Part shown: piece after piece, positions 1-9,567 of the stretch | How the letters are laid out: each line of letters starts with the position of its first letter | How positions within the stretch are numbered: the first letter of the stretch is position 1 | Assembly: GCA_050287085.1 (NCBI GenBank) | Contig: JBNKBE010000002.1 | Location: 64,001 to 128,000 of the forward strand | DNA from: Polyangiaceae bacterium | GTDB lineage: Bacteria; Myxococcota_A; Polyangia; Polyangiales; Polyangiaceae | Direction: 5' to 3' | DNA: 64,000 nucleotides | Position numbers and translations under genes: made by a program | Notes under the pieces: generated by a model | What the model saw: the letters and a program-made list of their open reading frames with translations, nothing else | What the model was told of the DNA's origin: nothing | The model's database searches: none

Positions 1-67
1 CGGGCGTTCTGAGCCATAGCAGCAGCAGGACACCGAGTGGAAGCAGGAGCGAAAGCCATCGAACCAT
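1..67 (-). CDS. 5' end of a membrane/secreted protein that runs off the window edge (MVRWLSLLLPLGVLLLLWLRTP...)
   Basis: Manual translation from the minus-strand ATG at 67 gives a hydrophobic signal/TM-like stretch. TACTCT lies 6 nt upstream. Not in the ORF track because it is incomplete. Confidence 0.6.
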   Translation of the reverse strand, partial: MVRWLSLLLPLGVLLLLWLRTP

Positions 68-898
68 CGGCGCAGAGTAACTCAGCAGCTGGCGGCATGC
101 TAAGGGCCCGCCGCCAGGAAAGCCATACTACGCCGGCCGCTCCTCTTGCTGTGGCGTGCTGGCTCGTCGCTGTGCTCGTAGAGCTACCACAGTAGCTCTG
201 CGGGGGGCTCTCCTCACGCGCCCACCTCGCGGCGGTCTCGACCGGCTCGCGACTGACTTTCCCATCCGCGGGCCCCAAGGGCCGGTGTGTCCGGCTTCCG
301 CGGGGGCGTTCTGAGGCAAAGACTATCGATTGAGCTGCTCAGACTGCTTGGCAGCATGCCAAGCGCCGATGCTCGCTGCGGGGAGTAGGCGCGAGAAAGT
401 CTCGTGCCCGGCTCTCTCAATTTCGCTGAGAGGGCCGGTCGGCGAAGCCGCGCCGAGCCGGGTTTGCGCTATCGCACTCGGTGAGTCTGCGAGGCCGCGG
501 CAGCGGTCGAAATCGATGCCGTACTCCGCGGCAAGCCCACCGAGCTCGCGGAGTTACACGTTTCACTCGTACGTGGCACGGAGCGTTGCGGCGCCCCTGT
601 ATGCACTCCCGCCAGGCCGTGCATCTATGCTCTGTTTCGGCTCGTGACTTGCGATGCAGGGGCTTGCTCTGCGCAGAACGCCTCGCTGACTCGCGACAAC
701 CACTTGCACTACCACTTCGGCCTGAAGCAGAACCAAGTTTCGCCTTGCGAGGAAAGCGTGCAGACCTTTGCATCAGCGAACCCCCTCCCACCGGCCGAAC
801 CCCAAACCGCGGGGAGCGCGCAAGCTCGCTCCCCGCTCCTCCGACCAAAGCTTCGTTCTGAGGTTGCAGTGGAGAAGGAGCGCTGATAGCTCTCGAAC

Positions 899-1717
899 GT
901 GCCCTCCGAGTTCTTCACTCCCGCCGACGCTGCCGTGCTGGAAACCTTCGTGGTGCCGCGTTACCTATCGGCGTTTGGTCGCGTTGCTCTCGATATGATG
1001 CTGGTCGGCGAGAGCGCCAATGTGGCCCACCTTGGATGCCGTACGGGCTTTCCGGATGCGGAGCTGTTGAAGAAGGTCGGCAGTTGTCGCGTCGTAGGAG
1101 TGGACCGCGCCGCGTCGGTAGTGGAGCTGGCCCGCAATAAGGCCGCGGCGCTGGGGCTCAAACAGCTCGAGTATCACGTGGTCGACGGGTACCCGACGCC
1201 CCTGACAGGCCAGACCTTTTCCCACGTCTTGACCCTGCATCCCTACGGCAACCACTTCGAGCGCGCGGAGTTGTTCACCGAAATGAGTCGCCTGCTCTAT
1301 CCGTGTGGTCAGGCTCTTGTGGCTATGCCGCTGCGCGGTTCGTTTCAGGAACTTGGCGATCTGTTCCGGGAATACGCGCTCAAGTATGACGAGGGGGCTT
1401 TCGGGCAGGCTGTGGACGTGGCGGTCGGTGCGCGACCGACGATTGAGACCTTGTCGGAGGAGCTGGAAGTGGCGGGCCTTGTGGACGTTGATGTGGAAGT
1501 CGTATCGACGCGGCTCAGCTTCGTTGGAGGTCGCGCATTTCTGGAGGACCCGTCAACGCGCTTGCTCATCGTACCTGAGCTCGAGTCTGGGCTAGGGAGC
1601 TTTGATCTTTCTTCTCCACTCACCTACGTCGGGGACGCCATCGATGAGTATTGGGCGGAGTCTGAGTTCTCACTGACCGTCAAGATCGGCTGCGCCTCGG
1701 CACGACGCCCTGGGTGA
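899..1717 (+). CDS. Class I SAM-dependent methyltransferase-like protein with degenerate motif I
   Basis: VAHLGCRTG, VVGVD, FSHVLT and RLLYPCG match Rossmann MTase motifs. Upstream reads TTGCAG-17-TAGCTC-6-GTG. Confidence 0.75.
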   Translation: MPSEFFTPADAAVLETFVVPRYLSAFGRVALDMMLVGESANVAHLGCRTGFPDAELLKKVGSCRVVGVDRAASVVELARNKAAALGLKQLEYHVVDGYPTPLTGQTFSHVLTLHPYGNHFERAELFTEMSRLLYPCGQALVAMPLRGSFQELGDLFREYALKYDEGAFGQAVDVAVGARPTIETLSEELEVAGLVDVDVEVVSTRLSFVGGRAFLEDPSTRLLIVPELESGLGSFDLSSPLTYVGDAIDEYWAESEFSLTVKIGCASARRPG

Positions 1718-1767
1718 GGCTTGCGCCTCCGTTGATGATTGGGTCGGGCGGACGTTGCTGCGCAGGG

Positions 1768-4700
1768 CTAGTAGCGGTGTCGCCACTGAACGTCGACGCT
1801 GCCTCCGGTGTTGCGAACCTCTGTCTTGAGCGACCAGTTTTTCCGAAAGCGGTAGTCCAGAGTGCCTGAGAAGACGTCCGGACTTGCCTGGTTGATGTCC
1901 GCGTCCTGGCCACGTTGGAACGTCCCTTGGAACCAGAGATTGTCCGTTATCGCGAAGGACGCGCCGTAGCGCGCTTGCTGGTCCTCTTTTTCGGCGGGTT
2001 CCACGCTCACCTGGAGCGAGCCTAGCGAGGGTCCCAGGAGGCGAGTGACGCCCAGCGCTTGAACGCCACCACTGATGGCGGTGGCCGAAGCCGAGCCGAG
2101 TAGGGCCTGGAGCTGCTCAGGAGGGGGCGTCATCACGGGTTCTTTGAGAGTACCCGAAACCGTTACGTTGACGTCGGGACCATCCACGGGGTGCCCGACG
2201 AGCAATACGTACAAAGCAGGATTGTCCGGTTCTTCTGGGTTCAGTGTGATCTTGCCCTCTTGGACGTCGAGACGCTGACCAAAGAGCGGGATGCGGCCTC
2301 CCGACTTCAGTCGAATCGTTCCAAGGAGTGTTTGAGTATCTGCTTGCAAGAGCGTTACTTGACCCCCGAGGGGCAGATCGATCTGTCCAAATGCGAGGCG
2401 CACGTCATCGTTCAGGTCAACGACCAGTCGCATCGGATGCGCGGTGGCCTTGGGCTGTGCTTCCAGTTGTTGCAGGACAACGATGTGGGCTGGCTCATCC
2501 AAAGAAATCAGATCACGCCCCGCAGTTTCAGCGGCACGAAAGCGGAGTCGACTGAGCGTTACGTTGGCTTCCAGGAAGTCTTCACCGGCATGTGCATCTT
2601 GCAAGGGCCAGTGGGTCCGTCGCGCGAGGGCAACGCGTGCCTCGCCCGTGGCTCGGCCCAGCGACACGCCCTCGAGCGTGAGCGGCACCGCGTCGAGCGA
2701 GATGCGAGCACTACCCCCGGTCAGCGAGGCGCCCTGTACGGACAAGCGTGCGCTCGCGTGGAGGTTGTCGCGCTGCGAGCGGGCTCGGGCTCGCACGTCC
2801 TCTATCACGATGGCCATACCGGTGCGCGCCGGAACGGCCTCCACCACGGCGTTGATATCGCGTAACTCGAGACCTAGGAGTGGAATAAAAGCACTTGCGT
2901 CAGTGAGTGTGGCTTGGCCGTAACCGCTGACTTGGTATCGGCCGGAGTGGCTTTCCAGTCGCAACCCGCCAACCGCGTCCAGATTACCGCTGAGACGCTC
3001 AGCCGTCCCGGTCAGAGCCGGTCCAAAAATCCCAGGGTCGACGGAGCGGAGTTCGAGGGTCCCCTCTGCGGTGCCAACTTCGGTCCACAGCGGGACCGAG
3101 TTGTGCTCTGAGTGGGCAGAGCCAGACAGCTTTAGCAGACGGGCCCCGTCGCAGAGTGTGAGTTCGGCGCTGGCCAGGTTAGGCTTACCACTGATGCTCA
3201 AGCTGCCACTGCCAAGCGCCGCGTCTCCGACCCGCAGATCATGCAGTTGCAAAGCGCTTGTCAGGGTGCCGCCATCTACGGCTGATACCGTGATAGTACC
3301 ACTGGCGGCGCCGGAAAGCTCCGCGGGGGCCCCTGGAAGCAGTGCCAGCGGAAGGGCGTCTAGTTCAGCCTGAAGGTTGCCTTCGACCTCGCCCAAGCTC
3401 GATGGAATGCGGCCTCTCGGTAGTTGTAGTTTGCTGGACAACGTGGCGACTTGTCGACCGCTTGCGGCGGCCACCAGCTCCCCTTGTGCACTTCCCGAGT
3501 TCAGATCGTAGCTGGCCGTGCCGCGAGCCGCGATGGGCTCGTACCTGGGCCCCGCGCCGGGGGGTCTCAGGTCCAGGGCGTCGACGCTGAGTTGGATGCT
3601 GGGGGCTTCGAGGCTGCCCTGGAGCAAGGCGTTGACCGACAACGTTCCCTCGGGGGCTGCTGTCTGCAAGATGAGGGGCAATGAGCTGATCGGGCGAGGC
3701 GGCACCCGGACCGTGAGCTCGAGGGGCGCGTCGCGCAGGGCGCGAAAGGCCGACAGGGCGCCCGTCATCAGCACGGAGGGGTCGTAGTTCAGTCGATAGG
3801 TGACGGTGGCCAGGTCGCCGCCGGGATCGCGTAGCGAACCGCTGCCCAGCGTGAGGTGATCTTCGGGCTTGTAAAGGGCGGTGAGGTAGAGCGTGCTTTC
3901 ATCGAGGTGTCGTCCCGTCGCGGAATGCTCCAAGCTCAGCCCTTGAGCTCCTATTTCCGCGTGTACCGTAGGAAGCTGCTCTGGGTTCTCGCGCGACAGT
4001 CGCGCGCGCAGGCCAGCTACACCTGATACCACTAGGCCCTGTTGAGCCAGCACGGGATTCAATAGCGGAAGCTGCAGATTGCTTGCGCTCACTTCACCCG
4101 AACCAGTGGCATGGACCCACGACGTGAGCTCGAGCGGGGAGCCCGCAAGGGTCAGCGCGTACTCCATACCGAAGCCGACGTTGGTTGTCTCGTCGGCACC
4201 CCAGAGGCGTCCGTGGACATGGCCGTCTCTGAGCTCGGCTTCGGCGCGCGCCGACAGACGGCCGTATTGCGCGTAGGCTCCCTTTTGCAACTCGAAGAGA
4301 ACACGGCTTCGCTCAACGTCGGGGCCGACGTTGACGTCGGCCTGGAGCCCAATGGTGCCCCGGATGCCCATGGCCCCGAGGCCGAGAGCGTGTGCTAGCC
4401 GCTCGAGTCGTAGACCGTCGCTGTCGGCCTGAAGCTCGAGGACTCCCGGACGATAGAGTAGGCGCGCGCGCAAGGGGTTGCCTGCGCCGACGATCGTGAT
4501 GTCTTCGACGTGCAGGCGGGGTAGCTCGGGGGCAAACTCCACGACGGACGCGCTGATCTTGATGTCGCCGTGTGTCGCCGTCAGGTGTCCATTGCGAAGG
4601 GTGCCTGTGGGGACGTCGAAGATGGACGAGAATGTCGCTTGGCGTCCAACCGGATCTCGCGCCGTGGCGTCCCACGCGATCCGGTTGCTGGTACCCAGTG

Positions 4701-6279
4701 CTTTGGCATTCACCGTGCCGAGTACTACGTCTGCAAGGGACAGACGATCTGCCGAGAGATGTCCGGAGAACGTGAACGCGCGGATATCGGTCGTGGGGGC
4801 GTGGGCTGTGACATCGAAGTGCAGCGTGTTTGCCCTGAGCGAAGCGTAAGCGAAGTTCTGCACGTCACCGTGGGCGCGAGCCCGCAAAGTGTCGCCTTGG
4901 ATTTGTGCCTGCAGTTGCACGGTGGTCGTGCCGCGCGCTCCGCGCGGCAGTCGCGGATGGGTGGCGAGGTTGACTCGCTGAAGGCTGGTTTCCGCCTGGT
5001 ATTGTGTACCTGGTTGGATGCGAAGGGAAACCGTCGCTGGGCTGGCGGGCTCGTCGATGGAGACTGAGCCCTCCAGCTCTCCGCCGATATAGTCGAGTTG
5101 AGCTCTGAGTCCGGGAAGTGGCGTTTCGGCAATCCAACCCGGAAGTGTCGTGGCGTCCAACGAAGCGCGGACCCCGCTTTCGTTCAGGAAGGTTAGATGG
5201 GCGTGGCCGCGGAGCGACGTCGGGGGAGCGTGGGCGATCAGCTGTGCAAGATTGGTTTCGTCTAGTACCAGATCTGCGCTAAATCGCAGTCGAGGCGTGA
5301 GCTCGACACGTCCCGCGATGCTGAGCGCGCTGCCGCCACTTTCCAGTTGGGCCCTCGCATTGAGAGCGGAAAGCGGACCTACGGCGTGCACCGTAGTGCT
5401 CAGCGCTTCTTTCAAGGGCCATGCTGGCAGCCAACGTTTGGCCGCGTCTGGGCTGAGTTCCGGCAGGCGAACCCAAGCGTCGAGATTGTCGTCGAGCCAC
5501 TGAGCGCTGGCGTCGACTTCGACCGGGCCGGCGAAGCCATTGAAGCTGGCGTTGATCGCGCCCGGGACGCGCACCGCAAGCGAGCCCGTGCCACTGATGT
5601 GAAGCGGCTGCGGCAGGTTCAGGCTTGGCGCTGAGACAGATAGGCGTACTGCGAAATCCTCGACTTCGACATATACGCCCTTGGGGGTGGATAGCACGCG
5701 GCCGTGGACCCGCGAAAGATGAGGCTCGAGCTTGCCGTAGGCAGCGTCGCTCTCGAGCACGTCAACAGTCCCGAGCTCTATGCTCGGAAGGTAGAGGCGC
5801 AAAGGAGAGGAGGGCGCACGCGCCCTATTTGACGTGCTGGGGCGCGGCGTCAGGGCAAATGCGAGGGTGGGGATGGCGTCGTCGCCCTCGAATAGACGCA
5901 CCTGGGCGCGGTCGGCTCGCACGTGGGGAATGACAACCGGAGCCAGGGCATCCCGCCAGTGGCGCTCCAGGTTCGGCCAAGCATCGAGATCCACGTGCAC
6001 GGTTTCGAGGGCTATGACCTCGCGCATTTGCACGTCGAAGAGTCGCGCTGAGCTCACTCTGACGTAGCCGAGGGAGAGTTCTTCGATGGGACCGAGCTCG
6101 ACGCGTCCTTCCAGCGTTCTGTTCAGCTCTTGTTCTAGCAAGTGAGCCAGTCCGCGCCTAACCTGGGGGTGGTTCAAGTGTAGCCGTGCGGAGGCAACTA
6201 GGGCGGTCAGCAACAAGGCGGTCCAAAGCAGTCCGCGGAGCGTCCCTCGAAGCCATTGCCGCATGCGGACCGCCGCCAT
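1768..6279 (-). CDS. tamB: TamB/AsmA-like translocation and assembly module protein
   Basis: ~1500 aa, N-terminal TM anchor, beta-rich body, DUF490-like C-terminus ending WRHRY. ATG lies 1 nt after the stop of the Omp85 gene. Confidence 0.8.
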   Translation of the reverse strand: MAAVRMRQWLRGTLRGLLWTALLLTALVASARLHLNHPQVRRGLAHLLEQELNRTLEGRVELGPIEELSLGYVRVSSARLFDVQMREVIALETVHVDLDAWPNLERHWRDALAPVVIPHVRADRAQVRLFEGDDAIPTLAFALTPRPSTSNRARAPSSPLRLYLPSIELGTVDVLESDAAYGKLEPHLSRVHGRVLSTPKGVYVEVEDFAVRLSVSAPSLNLPQPLHISGTGSLAVRVPGAINASFNGFAGPVEVDASAQWLDDNLDAWVRLPELSPDAAKRWLPAWPLKEALSTTVHAVGPLSALNARAQLESGGSALSIAGRVELTPRLRFSADLVLDETNLAQLIAHAPPTSLRGHAHLTFLNESGVRASLDATTLPGWIAETPLPGLRAQLDYIGGELEGSVSIDEPASPATVSLRIQPGTQYQAETSLQRVNLATHPRLPRGARGTTTVQLQAQIQGDTLRARAHGDVQNFAYASLRANTLHFDVTAHAPTTDIRAFTFSGHLSADRLSLADVVLGTVNAKALGTSNRIAWDATARDPVGRQATFSSIFDVPTGTLRNGHLTATHGDIKISASVVEFAPELPRLHVEDITIVGAGNPLRARLLYRPGVLELQADSDGLRLERLAHALGLGAMGIRGTIGLQADVNVGPDVERSRVLFELQKGAYAQYGRLSARAEAELRDGHVHGRLWGADETTNVGFGMEYALTLAGSPLELTSWVHATGSGEVSASNLQLPLLNPVLAQQGLVVSGVAGLRARLSRENPEQLPTVHAEIGAQGLSLEHSATGRHLDESTLYLTALYKPEDHLTLGSGSLRDPGGDLATVTYRLNYDPSVLMTGALSAFRALRDAPLELTVRVPPRPISSLPLILQTAAPEGTLSVNALLQGSLEAPSIQLSVDALDLRPPGAGPRYEPIAARGTASYDLNSGSAQGELVAAASGRQVATLSSKLQLPRGRIPSSLGEVEGNLQAELDALPLALLPGAPAELSGAASGTITVSAVDGGTLTSALQLHDLRVGDAALGSGSLSISGKPNLASAELTLCDGARLLKLSGSAHSEHNSVPLWTEVGTAEGTLELRSVDPGIFGPALTGTAERLSGNLDAVGGLRLESHSGRYQVSGYGQATLTDASAFIPLLGLELRDINAVVEAVPARTGMAIVIEDVRARARSQRDNLHASARLSVQGASLTGGSARISLDAVPLTLEGVSLGRATGEARVALARRTHWPLQDAHAGEDFLEANVTLSRLRFRAAETAGRDLISLDEPAHIVVLQQLEAQPKATAHPMRLVVDLNDDVRLAFGQIDLPLGGQVTLLQADTQTLLGTIRLKSGGRIPLFGQRLDVQEGKITLNPEEPDNPALYVLLVGHPVDGPDVNVTVSGTLKEPVMTPPPEQLQALLGSASATAISGGVQALGVTRLLGPSLGSLQVSVEPAEKEDQQARYGASFAITDNLWFQGTFQRGQDADINQASPDVFSGTLDYRFRKNWSLKTEVRNTGGSVDVQWRHRY

Positions 6280-6280
6280 A

Positions 6281-8455
6281 TCAGAACGCCTCGCCGAGGC
6301 TGAGATGGAGAGCCAAGGGAATGCCGAGCAGGGAGCTCGGGTTGGTGGGCTCATTCGACCCGGGACTCACCTGGGCCCCCGGTACGCGGTAGCCAAGATC
6401 TAGGCGCAAAGGCCCCACAGGGGTTCGGTAGCGCAGTCCGGTGCCGACCGAAAGATGGGGCGATGCAAAGTCAAACTGACCGCTGCGTGAGATATTGCTC
6501 ATGTCGGTGAACACCACGGTGCCGAAGCCAGCGGCGATGTCCACCCGTACCTCACTGCTGCTCTCCCATAGCGTGGTGCCGCCGAGCGGGCGTGTGCCCT
6601 GGAGAAATGGCACCGTGCCATGGGGCCCGACTGAACGCAGCGGATAGCCACGATTCGAGTTGGCGCCGCCGGAGAAGAAGCCGCGAAATAGCAACTTCTG
6701 CTGATCATCTGTTACGGTCTGATCGTCTTGTTCGGAAGTGAAAGAACTGCCATAGTCTAGCGGAATGAGCCAGCCCGCGGTGAGGCGTTGGGCCAAGACA
6801 ACGCTCCTCGAAATGGGGATGAAGAGCCGCGCCTCGGGGCGAAGGCGCACGTCGCGCACGTCGCTGTAGAGTACGGGCTGAGCGGTCTGGACACTCAGCG
6901 AAAGCAAAGCGCCTCGGCGCGTTGCCAGCGGATCATTGCGCAGGTCCAGGTATGCGGCGAGCTCTCCACTGGTGATCATGAGTGGCTTCAGCTTCTCGTC
7001 TCTTGCACCCGGGCGTTCGCCGAGCGTCAAGCTTCGATAGTCGAGAGGTGAGTCGAACTGCCACAGCAAGCCGGGCTCCAGGATCAGACGCTTGTGCCAA
7101 AAGCTTCGAGACAGGCCTGCTGCGGCTTTGAGTTCCGTAAAGCCAATCACGCCTTCGTCTTTTGCCGTCTGCGCAAAGAGCAGCGGAAATACGTTGAACT
7201 CCACCGACAGCAAGCCGCGCGTCAGCCGCTCCAGAAAGGAAGGCTGCTCCAGGGTGAGCTCGAATTCGTTCTGAAATAGGACGCGATTGGGCGCCTCGAA
7301 GCTGCCCCATCGCGTGGGATAATAGATCAGCGTGGGGCGTGCATTGGCTTCCGCTTGGCGCAGGCCCCCGAGGAAGTTGTGATGTGCCCAGCCAAGCAGA
7401 AAGTAGTTTGCGAGCTTCAGTGCGTCCAACTCCGCACCTGCGCCAAGACGAACCATACGCGGAGGACTTTCCTCCACGCGAATGACGATCGGGACGCCGG
7501 CGCTTGTGACCCGACTAGCGTCGCCGTAGACGTCAACCGAGGTGAGCAACCCGAGCTCACTGAGCTCTCGCCGCGCTTCGTCCAGAGCGGCGCGTCTATA
7601 GAGTCGACCTGGACGGAGTCCAGAAAGACGCAGAAGCTGGGCCTTGGGAAGTGTGGTGACACCTTCGAGCTCTACGCTAGCAACGCGCAGCCGTTGGCCG
7701 GGAGTGAGCTGAAAGCGCACGCGGGCGCGGTGAGATATCAGATCGACCTGGGCGCTCGATTCGGCCTTGGCGAAGGCATAGCCGTTGTCCTGCAACACTC
7801 GTTCGGCGGCGGCGCGGGTGGCCTCGAGCGCTGCTTCGTCCAATGCCTTGCCGGCGGTCAATCGGTTGGCGCTCAGCACTTCGGTGGCCACCGAAAACGG
7901 GACTGCTTCCAATCCTGGCAGTTCGATATGTTCCACCAGGACTCTCGGCCCGGGGTCGATTTGAAGGGCGACAAGGACGCGATGCTCGTCACGGCTGAGA
8001 ATGCGAGCCACCTCGACACGAGCTTCATAGTAGCCGCGGGCGCGGAGATAACGCGTGATGCGCTCGAGATCTTTGCTCAGGAGCTCGGCGTTGTAGAGTG
8101 CGTATTCGTAGCCAAGGCCGTCGATCAGCCCCAGGAATCTCCCAGAAGCGACCGTCGCCAGCCCAGCGAGGAGCTCGTCCTCGTCCAGGGTGCCCGGCAG
8201 TCCGCTCAGCTCGACGTCGCTGACGACCTTGGAGTGGAGCGGCAAGGGTTGCCGCACGCAAGCCAAGGCCGCGAACGTACACACCACAAAGCCCCCAAGC
8301 GGCAGTCTGATCCTGCGTCGGGCGGGCGCTTGCCGCCTCAGTTCCGACTCACGCTGCGTTCGAGCTATCACGCCATCGCCCGCCGGCCTGGGGCCGAAGA
8401 GGGGCCGAGTGCCCGGCGCCGGCGCTGGGCGATGGGGGCGGAAGCGAGGGAACAC
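6281..8455 (-). CDS. tamA: Omp85 family TamA/BamA-like outer membrane protein (start uncertain)
   Basis: POTRA-like segments (YLRARGYY, LQDNGYAFA), GGANSNRGY lid motif, GLRYRTPVGPLRLD, C-terminal GEAF. Adjacent to tamB. Confidence 0.85.
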   Translation of the reverse strand: MFPRFRPHRPAPAPGTRPLFGPRPAGDGVIARTQRESELRRQAPARRRIRLPLGGFVVCTFAALACVRQPLPLHSKVVSDVELSGLPGTLDEDELLAGLATVASGRFLGLIDGLGYEYALYNAELLSKDLERITRYLRARGYYEARVEVARILSRDEHRVLVALQIDPGPRVLVEHIELPGLEAVPFSVATEVLSANRLTAGKALDEAALEATRAAAERVLQDNGYAFAKAESSAQVDLISHRARVRFQLTPGQRLRVASVELEGVTTLPKAQLLRLSGLRPGRLYRRAALDEARRELSELGLLTSVDVYGDASRVTSAGVPIVIRVEESPPRMVRLGAGAELDALKLANYFLLGWAHHNFLGGLRQAEANARPTLIYYPTRWGSFEAPNRVLFQNEFELTLEQPSFLERLTRGLLSVEFNVFPLLFAQTAKDEGVIGFTELKAAAGLSRSFWHKRLILEPGLLWQFDSPLDYRSLTLGERPGARDEKLKPLMITSGELAAYLDLRNDPLATRRGALLSLSVQTAQPVLYSDVRDVRLRPEARLFIPISRSVVLAQRLTAGWLIPLDYGSSFTSEQDDQTVTDDQQKLLFRGFFSGGANSNRGYPLRSVGPHGTVPFLQGTRPLGGTTLWESSSEVRVDIAAGFGTVVFTDMSNISRSGQFDFASPHLSVGTGLRYRTPVGPLRLDLGYRVPGAQVSPGSNEPTNPSSLLGIPLALHLSLGEAF

Positions 8456-8591
8456 GAGCGCACTAGCCTACCAGCACGAGGCTTCGCAGACGGCCTTCTT
8501 GGGAGCTGCGCCGACCCCAACGACAGGCGGCTGGCCGGGCGCTGAGCTCGGATTTGCGCCACCGCACGCGCCCACAACCGCCTCATGGAGC

Positions 8592-8624
8592 ACCAACGGG
8601 GACGCCGAAAGCGTCCCCGTTGGT
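8592..8624. terminator. Perfect 14-bp stem hairpin downstream of the lipoprotein gene
   Basis: ACCAACGGGGACGC-CGAAA-GCGTCCCCGTTGGT, 27 nt past the stop at 8652. No clear U-tract on the minus strand. Confidence 0.6.
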
Positions 8625-8651
8625 TCTAAATCAGCGGTGAGTCCTGCCTCT

Positions 8652-9344
8652 TCAGCGCATTCCGGGAAGCGTTGCGACTTCGGTCGGCTGGTCTTCGTAG
8701 GTGACCTCGGAGTAGGTCAGGATCCCCATGATGGGATCTACCTCGGAGCCCTTGGTGGACTTGTTGAAGGTCATCGCGTAGTCGCCCTTGACCTTCACCT
8801 TGACTCCCTTGACGGGCAAGGGATCGGGGATCTTGACGCCCCAGATACCATCCATCAGAGGCTCTTCATCGTCCTTCTTGTGGCGTGCGCGCTTCTTATA
8901 TTCGTTGACCGCGTCGTACAGCTGCGCATAGTTCGATGCCCAGCCCATGACCTTGATCGCGTCCTTCTCGGTCGCGTCTTTGCTGTCAGCTATCCAGAAG
9001 GTGGGGATGGGGGCCTCGCAGCCTTCCGGATCCTCCTTGCCGGTCTTGTGTACGGCGCACTTGGGAGCGTCCGGGAGGTTGGTCTTGACGATGTAGCCTG
9101 TGATCGTCAATTCCTTGTTTTCAACCGACTTCTTGTGCACGCGAGAGCGTAGATGATAGCTGGCTCCCCACACGGTATAGGCGTCTCCGTCTTTGATCGG
9201 CTTTTGGGCTATCGACGGTACCGGCGGCAGGCCCGCTTGGACAGTGGCCGCGGGGCGGGGCTGGTAGGTGACTTCGTCCCCCGAGCAGGCGCTTGCAAGC
9301 GCGATCAGGGCAACGGATGCTGCGGTCGGGATGAAACGGGACAT
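8652..9344 (-). CDS. Lipoprotein of unknown function, possibly OB-fold
   Basis: Lipobox LASAC, AGGAGG SD, Cys pair (CAVH...EGC), beta-rich K/D composition. Confidence 0.8.
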   Translation of the reverse strand: MSRFIPTAASVALIALASACSGDEVTYQPRPAATVQAGLPPVPSIAQKPIKDGDAYTVWGASYHLRSRVHKKSVENKELTITGYIVKTNLPDAPKCAVHKTGKEDPEGCEAPIPTFWIADSKDATEKDAIKVMGWASNYAQLYDAVNEYKKRARHKKDDEEPLMDGIWGVKIPDPLPVKGVKVKVKGDYAMTFNKSTKGSEVDPIMGILTYSEVTYEDQPTEVATLPGMR

Positions 9345-9567
9345 GCGTATGAGCGCCTCCTAGAAATCAGCCTGAGGGGCTATCACTAAGCCGGGCGGGC
9401 GGCAAGAGACGCCTTTCAGCCCCGCTGTATTTCGGGTGTCGGGTCGGGGTCTCCTTTGGACGGTGATTCCACGGGTTTTCCCTCTGTCCACCCGTGCTTC
9501 ACGCTTGCAGCTTCCCCACCAAGCCCCGCTCGCACCAAGTGCTGGGCCTTGATAGTCTCAAGGCATT

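Noticed and set aside
251..760. RNase P RNA or group II intron domain V within the structured region
   Set aside because: GAGGAAAG at ~749 is not followed by TCC. The minus-strand look-alikes are in the wrong order. The GAGCCG...CGGC segment lacks proper domain V geometry.
128..998. Short ORFs (63-143 aa) in the first intergenic region
   Set aside because: Arg/Ser/Pro-rich, mutually overlapping, with no motifs or RBS; typical high-GC noise.
7355..9152. Long plus-strand ORFs (396 and 320 aa)
   Set aside because: Antisense shadows of tamA and the lipoprotein gene.
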